Assembly: GCA_045106295.1 (NCBI GenBank)
Contig: JBGCEI010000083.1
Coordinates: forward strand, 1 to 36,437
DNA length: 36,437 bases
Reading direction: 5' to 3'
Origin: Cyclobacteriaceae bacterium
GTDB lineage: Bacteria > Bacteroidota > Bacteroidia > Cytophagales > JAAEPT01
Notes under the pieces: generated by a model
The model's input: only the letters and a program-made list of their open reading frames with translations
The model's database searches: none
What the model was told of the DNA's origin: nothing
Translations under genes and position numbers: made by a program
In this document: one piece after another, positions 9,601 through 17,154 of the stretch
Numbering within the stretch: position 1 is the first letter of the stretch
How the letters are laid out: each line of letters begins with the position of its first letter

Positions 9601-10262
9601 ACAATACATCTGTTCTTACATTAAGCCCTTTTTACCAACGGGTAAAGTTTGAAAATGAGTTGACCTTTGTGAATAAAGCAGAGTTTAGAAGTTATGATAT
9701 GGCGGGAGCAAAACTTTCTTTTCGTTATGAAAATGTAGACTTTCCAGTAAACCCAGTCAGGGGAATAAAGTTTAATGCTTCCTTAGGGTACACTAAATCG
9801 TTAGACATTGATGAAATTGATTTTTTAACTACCACAGCAGATGTCACGTTTTTCCTTCCACTTGGTTTCATGCCTAGAAGATCAACCTTGGGGTTAAAGT
9901 CTGGTTTTGGGCATAACACAGGAGACTTTGCTTTTTTTCAGTCTAACTACTTGAGTGGCTTAACCAATTTTAGAGGGATTACGAGAAACAGGTATGCTGG
10001 AAGAACAGGTTTTTTCAATACGATGGAACTTCATAGCAGCTTTACACAGTTAAAGACGTATATTACACCACTAGATATTGGTGCTTTGACTCATGTAGAC
10101 TTGGCTAGAGTGTGGTTAGATGGCGAGAATTCGTCTTTATGGCATGTGTCTGTAGGTGGTGGTTTGTATGTAGTAGTATCTGATGTGGTATCCATTGTTT
10201 CGGTCTATTCCGTATCTGATGAAGATAGAACATTTACCATAGGAACTAAATTTATTTTGTGA
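6648..10262 (+). CDS. large outer-membrane protein: N-terminal calcineurin-like metallophosphoesterase, ~450-aa uncharacterised middle region, C-terminal Omp85/surface-antigen-type beta-barrel
   Basis: Signal peptide (LLLFIFTITLSVATFSQ). Metallophosphoesterase motifs in canonical order: GDAGD, GDNIYPHG, GNHDW, GHHP, GHEH. The C-terminal ~330 aa has an alternating beta-strand pattern with an L6-like 'FRGITRNRYAG' and a terminal 'FTIGTKFIL'. Confidence 0.75.
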   Translation: MNKLLLFIFTITLSVATFSQEYGQKDIASIVYMIGDAGDNNSTALQNFSLLKAKLEKENPKTTSIIFLGDNIYPHGLTKKKNASRQQDEDRLNAQLKVVRQFKGQVTFIPGNHDWEKGHENGYNNVRRQQKYIEKALDRKHVFLPENGCGDVAVKEVGDNVVTIFIDTQWWLHTYKKGRGEEDGCTVHSKEELLITFKELLKKYRRKNVIVAGHHPFYSNGLHGGKFPASDHLFPLQNAHPPKKVPFPIIGSIYPLYRSILGHRQDISHPEYTNLKKEITSAMNQFENVVYAAGHEHSLQYFNKNNNHYIVSGSGSKNTHVKKTKKTLFGSSTVGFNTVTYLKNGDAWLHFYDVVNKETPVFSKKLYTKQKESDLVTDVKTMADYPGVVKTSADSTFKAGTLKRLFFGRLNRDFWTAEVSAPVIDLNTKLGGLTPSKLGGGFTTNSLHLTDSLGNKYVLRSVKKSSRFLIDYKYRNTVAQDILYDGIGSSHPYSALLVPHFTKATGIYAATPELVYVPKTAALGEYIAFGDNLCLFEMKPDDDIQGDDSFGNSKDIASSAKVVEKRHQDADNLIDVPYVIKARILDMFLGDWDRHDDQWKWAAFKEGKKTVYRVIPRDRDQALFKIDGVFPWLTARKWLVRKLQNFDEEIRDIKGLNFNARYFDRDFLSEANREQWIEGASTMQKLLRDSLIESCYDNYPEELQGIRKAFVINTLKKRRDQLVETAKRHYKVLSKEVDVVGTLGKDYFKINRKETGEVLVQAFEKKDSKTPFYERTFTKETKEIRLYGLDGKDEYEISGNAKKSVLVRIVAGENDAKIVDDSRVSAFVKKTKVYLPTDKGEVVKGKETRVIRQQPEESFIYNRKDFKYDNLSPIPYFGFNQDDGLYLGGGFKYVKHGFKKSPYKYSHSLAANTAVNSEVQNIKYQNEYTGVIGKLNLGLDAEYNAPLVFQFNGLGNEPNKNQINTIRVRMQNFMFAPFLSKRSKNNTSVLTLSPFYQRVKFENELTFVNKAEFRSYDMAGAKLSFRYENVDFPVNPVRGIKFNASLGYTKSLDIDEIDFLTTTADVTFFLPLGFMPRRSTLGLKSGFGHNTGDFAFFQSNYLSGLTNFRGITRNRYAGRTGFFNTMELHSSFTQLKTYITPLDIGALTHVDLARVWLDGENSSLWHVSVGGGLYVVVSDVVSIVSVYSVSDEDRTFTIGTKFIL

Positions 10263-11434
10263 TGAAGCAACTAGAAAAAAAGGTAGAAGCTTTTGTACGA
10301 GATTATTTTACAAAAGAAGGAAGTAAAAAAAGGCATTATCACAACTTGGAACACACCATTGGTGTGGTAAATAATACGGTGATGATTGCCAAAAATTCTG
10401 GCTGTTCCAAAGCAGACACTTATCTACTAACTATTGCTGCTTGGTTTCACGATCTAGGTTACTTAGCAGGTGGTTGCAAAGGACACGAAGTAAGAGGTTG
10501 TGAGTTGATTTCTAGTTTTATGGACAAACAAGATGTCGATGAATCCACTGTGACAAAAATAAAGTCGCTCATTATGGCGACTAATTTAGAATTAGAACCT
10601 ACTACCCTTCTAGAGCAAATCATGAAGGATGCCGATACACTTCATTTAGGTGATGTGAAGGCGTTCTTAAAATCGTCTAACAAATTACGTAAGGAAATCA
10701 AAGAAGAAGGAAAAGCACTTTCTAAACTAGAGTGGTATGAAATGACCCTAAGTTTCATGAAAAAGCACAGCTTTTACAGTCCTTTTGTAAAAGAGAATTA
10801 TGATGCAGGCAAAAAATTAAACATAAGTGTAGTAGAAAAAGAGATAGAAATGGCAAAAGAAAAAAAGAAAAAAAGCGAAGCAGAAGAGTTACCAGCTAAG
10901 GGGATTGAAACCATGTTTAGAATTTCGTTACGTAACCATGTAAACTTGAGTAGAATTGCCGACAATAAAGCCAATACGTTATTGAGTGTCAATGCCATTA
11001 TTGTGTCTATTGTGTTGAGTACGCTCTACCCTAAGTTAGACAATAATGCTTTCCTGTTTTACCCTAGTTCTATCTTACTGATTACGAGTATGCTCACTAT
11101 TTTTGTGAGTATCCTTTCTACTGTTCCTAAAAATACGCACGGTAAAATTAGTAGAGACGAAGTGTCTGCCAAAAAAGGAAACCTCTTATTCTTTGGGAAC
11201 TTTCATAATATGGATATTAAAGACTACGAATGGTCTGTTAATGAGTTAATGAAGGACAAAACGTATTTGTACAATACGCTAATTCGTGATTTGTACTACC
11301 TAGGAAAAGTATTAGAGAAAAAGTATTCGTTACTAAAAATTGCTTACTACATTTTTGTAGTCGGCATCTTTATCTCTATCTCTCTTTTTGTGTTGAGTAT
11401 TAATAATGTAATTGGTACTGGAGTAATTGAGTAA
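10262..11434 (+). CDS. HD-domain phosphohydrolase fused to a 3-TM DUF5706/Pycsar-effector-like membrane module
   Basis: The ATG at 10262 overlaps the upstream TGA (TGATG); the track starts at the GTG at 10259. HD signature: 'HNLEHT', 'WFHDLGY', 'KDADTLH'. A K/E-rich linker follows. The C-terminal 'FRISLRNHVNLSRIADNKANTLLSVNAIIVSIVLS' is followed by two adjacent TM helices, a soluble insert and a final TM helix. Confidence 0.6.
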   Translation: MKQLEKKVEAFVRDYFTKEGSKKRHYHNLEHTIGVVNNTVMIAKNSGCSKADTYLLTIAAWFHDLGYLAGGCKGHEVRGCELISSFMDKQDVDESTVTKIKSLIMATNLELEPTTLLEQIMKDADTLHLGDVKAFLKSSNKLRKEIKEEGKALSKLEWYEMTLSFMKKHSFYSPFVKENYDAGKKLNISVVEKEIEMAKEKKKKSEAEELPAKGIETMFRISLRNHVNLSRIADNKANTLLSVNAIIVSIVLSTLYPKLDNNAFLFYPSSILLITSMLTIFVSILSTVPKNTHGKISRDEVSAKKGNLLFFGNFHNMDIKDYEWSVNELMKDKTYLYNTLIRDLYYLGKVLEKKYSLLKIAYYIFVVGIFISISLFVLSINNVIGTGVIE

Positions 11435-11441
11435 TTTTTTT

Positions 11442-11792
11442 TCACTCAGTCAACCTCAGCTGATTGTGGCGATACGTTACTTCTTCCCAAGGAATGTGAA
11501 GCAAATCCATTTTCTTCATCATGTCTTTTAATGTTTTATCAAATAGCTGGGATCTCATCGCTTTTGTGACTTTTTCCTTTGCTTTTTCTGACAAGAAGTA
11601 ACCAATACCTTTTTTATTAAAAATAATTTCTTGCTCCTGCAAGTACGTAAACGTTCTCATGGCAGTATTTGGATTTACTTCTTTTGCTATTGCAAAATCT
11701 CTTACAGAAGGAATACGCTCATTTTCTCTCCATTGATTGGTTAATACTTCTTCGTAAAAAAGTGTGGCTAATTGTAAATAGACAGGTAACAT
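11442..11792 (-). CDS. small GntR-family (YhcF-like) transcriptional regulator
   Basis: Winged-HTH 'ERIPSVRDFAIAKEVNPNTAMRTFTYLQEQEIIFNKKGIGYFLS'. The start is uncertain: ATG at 11792 (preferred), or an in-frame GTG, or the TTG at 11843 used by the track. Confidence 0.75.
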   Translation of the reverse strand: MLPVYLQLATLFYEEVLTNQWRENERIPSVRDFAIAKEVNPNTAMRTFTYLQEQEIIFNKKGIGYFLSEKAKEKVTKAMRSQLFDKTLKDMMKKMDLLHIPWEEVTYRHNQLRLTE

Positions 11793-11960
11793 GTAATCAT
11801 GTTTAGGGTGGTGTGATGTACTCACAAATCTAAGCGATACCAATTAAAAAACAAGTGAGACCCTTTCTTTTGTGTACTCCATCGATAGTGTAATTGGATA
11901 CTTTTCATTAACTTAATGATTTCAATTCTAAAAATTTAATTTTTAAAATTAATAGTCGAT

Positions 11961-12875
11961 ATGAAAACAGCATACAATGCACTGGTTGTTGCATTTACAG
12001 CCATTTTAGTTACTTCTTGTGTAGCTAAAAAAGAATACCAAAAGTCTCAAGCAGACCTACTTACTGCCAGAAACGAGATGGGTAGATTCAAAGAAAAATT
12101 AGCCGAAACAGAAGGACAATTACGAACCTGTAAAAATGACTTAGCGGCGGCAAATGCACAGGGAAGCACTTCTTCTTCTTTGCGTCAAGAACAAATTGCT
12201 GATCTTAAGTCACAGATTGCTGACTTAAAAAAACAACGTGATACACAGGTAGAGCAAGTAGGTAACCTAACAGTGCTTTCTAAATCTGCTAACGATAATA
12301 TCAAAGAAACATTAAGTCAGCTAGAAGGAAAAGACAAATACATCAATGCGCTAAGAGATGCTCGTTCAAAAGCTGACTCCATCAACTTAGCCTTATCTGT
12401 TAACTTAACAAACGTATTAAAAGAAGGTATTGCTGACGATGATGTAGACATCAAAGTAGACAAAACAGTGGTATTTATTAACCTTTCGGATAAAATGCTG
12501 TACAAAAGTGGTAGTGCAGACATCACTTCTAAGGCAGACAAAGTATTGGGCAAAATTGCTGCTATCATAAAAGCAAAACCAGATTTTGAGGTAATGGTAG
12601 AAGGCTACACAGACAGTTTACCAATTAAGAAAGCAGGTATTAAAGACAATTGGGATTTAAGTGTATTGCGTTCTACTTCTGTGGTTCGTTCGTTACAACT
12701 AAAGCATGATGTTAACCCAAATAGATTAATAGCAGCGGGTAGAGGGCAATACAATGCCCTAGCGTCTAATTCTACCCCAGAAGGACGATCTACTAATAGA
12801 AGAACTCGAATCATTATTCTTCCTAAAATAGATCAGTTCTATGATTTACTGAAGCCTACAGGAGATATTAAGTAA
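11961..12875 (+). CDS. OmpA/MotB-domain lipoprotein with an N-terminal coiled coil
   Basis: Lipobox 'LVTSC', a heptad-rich N-terminal half, and a C-terminal OmpA_C motif 'VEGYTDS...NWDLSVLRSTSVVRSL...GRSTNRRTRIIILP'. Confidence 0.8.
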   Translation: MKTAYNALVVAFTAILVTSCVAKKEYQKSQADLLTARNEMGRFKEKLAETEGQLRTCKNDLAAANAQGSTSSSLRQEQIADLKSQIADLKKQRDTQVEQVGNLTVLSKSANDNIKETLSQLEGKDKYINALRDARSKADSINLALSVNLTNVLKEGIADDDVDIKVDKTVVFINLSDKMLYKSGSADITSKADKVLGKIAAIIKAKPDFEVMVEGYTDSLPIKKAGIKDNWDLSVLRSTSVVRSLQLKHDVNPNRLIAAGRGQYNALASNSTPEGRSTNRRTRIIILPKIDQFYDLLKPTGDIK

Positions 12876-12901
12876 ATCAATATTGTCTAATTAAGCATTA
12901 T

Positions 12902-12932
12902 CGTCATTCCCTATTTTTCGGAAATCTCGAAC
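12902..12932 (+). repeat. REP-like hairpin repeat, copy A (CGTCATTCCC-N8-GGAAATCTCGAAC)
   Basis: Matches the reverse complement of 19129-19159 at 22 of 31 positions. Shares an exact 11-mer, CGTCATTCCCT, with 19060-19070. Confidence 0.5.
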
Positions 12933-12937
12933 TGTTG

Positions 12938-12983
12938 ACCGTTTAGATACCATTTAAAAATGGAAGCCTAAGCGGTTTTTTTT
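12938..12983 (+). terminator. rho-independent terminator after the OmpA-like gene
   Basis: Extended hairpin ACCGTTTAG...CCATTT-AAAA-AAATGG...CTAAGCGGT followed by T8. Confidence 0.6.
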
Positions 12984-13013
12984 CTAAATAATCTTGGTCA
13001 AAAAACACCCTTT

Positions 13014-13586
13014 ATGGAAAAAAGATGTGCTTGGGCTACAAAACTTGAAGTAGACAAAAAATACCACGACATAGAATGGGGTGTCCCTATTTATGATGAC
13101 AGGTTATTATTCGAATATTTAATACTAGAAGGCGCTCAAGCTGGATTAAGTTGGACAACCATACTGGCAAAACGAGACAACTACAGAAAGGCTTTTGATA
13201 ATTTTGAAGCGAAAAAAATCATCCAGTACAATCAACAAAAGATTGACGAACTGCTAAACAATGTGGGGATTGTTCGGAACAAATTAAAAATAAATTCTGT
13301 CATCACTAACGCAAAACAGTTCCTTGAAATTCAAGAAGAATACGGTAGTTTCTCAACATTTATTTGGGGTTTTATTGGAGGAAAACCAGTACACAATAAA
13401 TGGGCAAGCGTTGAGGAAGTACCAACAAAAACAGAAGTCTCGGATTTAATGAGCAAAGCCTTAAAGAAAAAGGGCTTTAAGTTTATTGGAACAACAATTT
13501 GTTATGCTTTTATGCAAGCAGTAGGAATGGTAAATGACCACACAACAGATTGCTTTAGATATGAAAGAGTAAAAAGTATAAAATGA
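13014..13586 (+). CDS. tag: DNA-3-methyladenine glycosylase I
   Basis: 190 aa. 'RCAW...YHDIEWGVP..DDRLLFEYLILEGAQAGLSW' and the C-terminal 'HTTDCF' are typical of Tag. Confidence 0.9.
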   Translation: MEKRCAWATKLEVDKKYHDIEWGVPIYDDRLLFEYLILEGAQAGLSWTTILAKRDNYRKAFDNFEAKKIIQYNQQKIDELLNNVGIVRNKLKINSVITNAKQFLEIQEEYGSFSTFIWGFIGGKPVHNKWASVEEVPTKTEVSDLMSKALKKKGFKFIGTTICYAFMQAVGMVNDHTTDCFRYERVKSIK

Positions 13587-13605
13587 GTGTCTTAGAAATT
13601 GACAT

Positions 13606-13983
13606 TTATCCTCGCATAGCTACGCAAGAAATCTCTATTAAAACATCTTTTGGTAGTCTGCTCACTTCTACGGTTTCACGGGCAGGGAGTGACTGACCAA
13701 AAAAAGAAGCATATACCTCATTTATGGCAGAGAAATGTTTCATTTCTTTAATGAAAATACTACATTTCACTACCTGCTCTACCGTGAAATTAGCTTCTTT
13801 TAGAATGGCTGCAATGTTTTGTAAAGTTTGTTGTGTTTGTTCTTCAACAGTAATAGGCACTTGTCCAGAAACAGGATTTACAGGAATCTGACCCGAAACA
13901 AAGAGCGTATCTTTCACCTGCACTGCCTGACTGTATGGACCAATAGCAGCTGGTGCTTTACTAGTCTGAATAAGCTTTTTCAC
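13606..13983 (-). CDS. ridA: RidA/YjgF-family reactive-intermediate deaminase
   Basis: 'APAAIGPYSQAV...FVSGQIP' and 'PARETVEVSRLPKDVLIEI'. I prefer the GTG at 13983-13981, which gives MKKLIQTSKAP (125 aa) and overlaps the glmS TAG stop by 1 nt (TAGTG). The track's TTG start at 14034 would overlap glmS by 52 nt. Confidence 0.85.
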   Translation of the reverse strand: MKKLIQTSKAPAAIGPYSQAVQVKDTLFVSGQIPVNPVSGQVPITVEEQTQQTLQNIAAILKEANFTVEQVVKCSIFIKEMKHFSAINEVYASFFGQSLPARETVEVSRLPKDVLIEISCVAMRG

Positions 13984-15818
13984 TATTCTACTGTTACTGA
14001 CTTGGCTAAATTTCTTGGTTGATCTACGTGACAACCTCTCATTACCGCAATATGATACGATAACAGCTGTAAAGGAAGTACCGCTAATAGAGGCATTAAC
14101 GCTTCGTGTGTAGAAGGAATCTCTATCACAAAATCGGCCATAGATGGAATGATATCATCTCCCTCTGTTACAATGGCTATCACTTGTCCTTTTCGTGCTT
14201 TTACTTCTTGGATATTCGATACTATTTTTTCGTATGATCCATCTTTAGTAGCAATAACAACTACAGGCATTTCCTCATCGATCAAAGCAATAGGTCCGTG
14301 CTTCATTTCCGCTGCTGGATATCCTTCTGCATGAATATAAGAAATCTCTTTTAGTTTTAATGCCCCTTCTAATGCTACTGGAAAGTTGTAACCTCTTCCT
14401 AAATATAAAAAATTTTTAGCGCCCTTAAACAAGCTAGCTATCCTCTCTATCTTCTCATTTCCTTCTAAAATCTTCGCTATTTTTGATGGCAGTTCTTCTA
14501 GTTGTACTAATAAATTACGATAGTCTGTTCCTGTGATAGTTCCTTTTTTCTTCGCCATCATAAGCGCTATCATAGTCAAAACAGTCACTTGTGTGGTAAA
14601 TGCTTTAGTGCTAGCCACTCCTATTTCTGGTCCTGCATGGGTATAGGCACCTGAATCTGCTATTCTCGAGATGGACGAGCCTACTACATTACATACACCT
14701 AGTATCGTAGCTCCTTTTGACTTAGCCAATTCAATAGCTGCCAATGTATCCGCAGTCTCTCCAGATTGAGAAATGGCAATCACCACATCTTTCTCTCCAA
14801 TAATTGGATTTCTGTACCTAAACTCTGAAGCATACTCTACCTCTACAGGAATACGTGCAAACTCTTCAAAAATATACTCCGCTACTAAACCAGCATGCCA
14901 CGATGTACCACAACCTATGATGATAATTCTACTCGCATTAACTAAAATATCTTCATACGCTTGTATGCCACCTAGTTGTAAATCAACAGAGCCAGGAACT
15001 AAGCGTCCACGCAAACAAGTTTCTAATGCTTGTGGTTGTTCAAAGATTTCTTTGAGCATAAAATGATCGAACCCACCCTTTTCTATGGACTCTAACGAAA
15101 GCTCTAACTCTTCTATGTAAGGCGTTTTTTGAACATCCTCAATGTTGTTGATACTCAGTTCACCATCTTTTATGACTGCTATTTCATAATCATTTAGGTA
15201 AACTACTTTATTGGTGTATTCAATAATTGGCGTAGCATCCGATGCTAAAAAGAATTCTCCTTCTCCTACACCTATTACTAAAGGGCTACTTTTACGAGCT
15301 GCTATTAATTGATTGGTATGATCTTTAGATAAAATTACAATAGCATAGGCTCCAATTACTTGATGAAGAGCCAAACGTACAGCTTCCTCTAATGCACAAG
15401 ATGTATTGTCTCTAATATCTTCGATCAGATGAATAAATACTTCTGAATCGGTATCGCTTTTGAAAGTATGTCCTTTTCCTTCTAATTCTGTACGTAGGGT
15501 AGAATAATTCTCTATGATTCCGTTGTGTACCAATGCCAAGCTACTGTCATTAGAATAATGTGGGTGTGCATTTACGTCGTTTGGCTCTCCGTGTGTTGCC
15601 CAACGTGTATGCCCTATCCCTGTACTGCTGTTAAGCGGTGTTTCTCCGATGAGATTTTCTAAATCAGCTACCTTTCCTTTACATTTATAGACATTTAATC
15701 CACCATTTAGCAAAGCTATTCCTGAACTATCGTACCCTCTGTACTCTAACCTTTTTAATCCTTTGATAATAATTTCTGATGCCTGCCTATGACCAGCGTA
15801 TGCTACAATTCCACACAT
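13983..15818 (-). CDS. glmS: glutamine--fructose-6-phosphate aminotransferase (isomerizing)
   Basis: Begins 'MCGIVAY' (Ntn Cys), has two SIS domains, ends '...KSVTVE', and is 611 aa. Confidence 0.97.
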   Translation of the reverse strand: MCGIVAYAGHRQASEIIIKGLKRLEYRGYDSSGIALLNGGLNVYKCKGKVADLENLIGETPLNSSTGIGHTRWATHGEPNDVNAHPHYSNDSSLALVHNGIIENYSTLRTELEGKGHTFKSDTDSEVFIHLIEDIRDNTSCALEEAVRLALHQVIGAYAIVILSKDHTNQLIAARKSSPLVIGVGEGEFFLASDATPIIEYTNKVVYLNDYEIAVIKDGELSINNIEDVQKTPYIEELELSLESIEKGGFDHFMLKEIFEQPQALETCLRGRLVPGSVDLQLGGIQAYEDILVNASRIIIIGCGTSWHAGLVAEYIFEEFARIPVEVEYASEFRYRNPIIGEKDVVIAISQSGETADTLAAIELAKSKGATILGVCNVVGSSISRIADSGAYTHAGPEIGVASTKAFTTQVTVLTMIALMMAKKKGTITGTDYRNLLVQLEELPSKIAKILEGNEKIERIASLFKGAKNFLYLGRGYNFPVALEGALKLKEISYIHAEGYPAAEMKHGPIALIDEEMPVVVIATKDGSYEKIVSNIQEVKARKGQVIAIVTEGDDIIPSMADFVIEIPSTHEALMPLLAVLPLQLLSYHIAVMRGCHVDQPRNLAKSVTVE

Positions 15819-15829
15819 AAATCAACTAC

Positions 15830-17140
15830 TTATTCTAGTATTGAATAAAAGACTTTGAGTTTTACTCCTGATATTCTTGAATCGTTCAAGCTTTGTTTTG
15901 TCGAAAGAGGGCTAGCACCCATAATGAGTTTAAAGTTATCTTTTTCTCCTTTAACTAAAGCAGCTACGTAATTAGTAATATCAAACGTATAGATAGATTC
16001 TGTTTCATTGAAAGTGGGTACAATTGAAGAGAATCCTCCAATTTCAAATACATTGGTGCTACTTGCATCAGGATTGGCTGCTTCTTGTAATAATAGATCT
16101 CCATTATCTTGTTTAATGGTATTCCCATCTGCCTCATAAAGTGTAAGGCGGTTCAAAACAGTATTCTCATCTAAGCTAATAAATGACGCTTCCAATTCAG
16201 CAAAGTCTACAAGAACTGTTTTACCTGATGTGGTGATGGTATCCAATATAGCTTCTAAAGAATCTAATTCAATTAATGTACTTGCACCATACCCGGCTTT
16301 TATAAAAGTATAATCATTGGCTAGTGTAGAAGAAAGAACTTTATTCGTTCCTGCTGTAACTCCTTGTAAACCTGCTAAAGGTCCAGTATATGTAGTAGCA
16401 ATATTATTGAAATGATTTCCTATTGTAAACTCAACAGACTTTGCTGTTGAATCACTTGAAGTATGGTAATAAGCTACCAATTCAGAACCTGAAGGAAGAA
16501 ACCCTAACACAAGGTCCGCACTGTTACTTTTTAACTTTACACCAAATTTTTTATTCTCGAAAGTAGTATTAGTAGCTCCACTAGACGAATCAATAATTGC
16601 TCTAGCAAATGCAGTATCAATGCGAACGCTAAAAAATTCAGAACTAGGAAATGCTCCAACTGGTGTCGTAACAGTTGATATTAACATATCAACTGTTAGT
16701 GAATCATTATTGTAATAATCCTGACTTCCAACTATTTCATTTAAGGAATAAGCTTCAATTGTATGTGTATTGGTTGACGTATCCCCAAAGTAGTAAGAGT
16801 AGTCTAATTTCAATACAGCAGAATCACATACAAACGAAGGGTCTATAGTAACATCCTGATTTTTAATTAATAACTGAAAATAACTTTCACAAGCAGATTG
16901 AATAGTATCCGTACCGCTCATGTTACCTACTAAAATTCTTGACTGATTATCAGTAATGAAAGTATCCCGTACATTTATGGTAGAACGAGAAATGTTAGCA
17001 GAAGAAATATCGAAAGAGAAACCGGACGATGTTTGCCCTTGTTGACTTTCTCCTATTTCATCGTCGTGCTTTTCACAGCTTATTATAAAAATAGCTGATG
17101 CGCTTATGCACATCAGCTGTAAAAGTTTTTTTATTTGCAT
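15830..17140 (-). CDS. lipoprotein, DUF4270-like (tentative)
   Basis: Lipobox 'IFIISCEK', S/T-rich, 436 aa. Its position between a glgA-like gene and glmS matches a synteny I recall for Bacteroidota DUF4270 genes. I recognised no catalytic motif. Confidence 0.55.
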   Translation of the reverse strand: MQIKKLLQLMCISASAIFIISCEKHDDEIGESQQGQTSSGFSFDISSANISRSTINVRDTFITDNQSRILVGNMSGTDTIQSACESYFQLLIKNQDVTIDPSFVCDSAVLKLDYSYYFGDTSTNTHTIEAYSLNEIVGSQDYYNNDSLTVDMLISTVTTPVGAFPSSEFFSVRIDTAFARAIIDSSSGATNTTFENKKFGVKLKSNSADLVLGFLPSGSELVAYYHTSSDSTAKSVEFTIGNHFNNIATTYTGPLAGLQGVTAGTNKVLSSTLANDYTFIKAGYGASTLIELDSLEAILDTITTSGKTVLVDFAELEASFISLDENTVLNRLTLYEADGNTIKQDNGDLLLQEAANPDASSTNVFEIGGFSSIVPTFNETESIYTFDITNYVAALVKGEKDNFKLIMGASPLSTKQSLNDSRISGVKLKVFYSILE

Positions 17141-17154
17141 ATGAAGTAGATCGA

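Noticed and set aside
8168-9919. Three minus-strand ORFs (8168-8461, 8963-9199, 9725-9919) inside the 1204-aa gene
   Set aside because: They are antisense shadows: Ser/Leu/Phe-rich with no motifs.
10798-12814. Minus-strand ORFs 10798-10998, 12317-12568 and 12605-12814
   Set aside because: They are embedded antisense in the HD and OmpA-like genes, which have clear motifs on the plus strand.
13984-14034. N-terminal extension of ridA to the TTG at 14034 (MSRRSTKKFSQVSNSRI...)
   Set aside because: It would overlap the glmS 3' end by 52 nt. The GTG at 13983 gives a canonical ~125-aa RidA starting MKKLIQTSKAP.
13828-15066. Plus-strand ORFs 13828-14022, 14149-14334 and 14773-15066
   Set aside because: They are antisense to ridA and glmS, both unambiguous genes.
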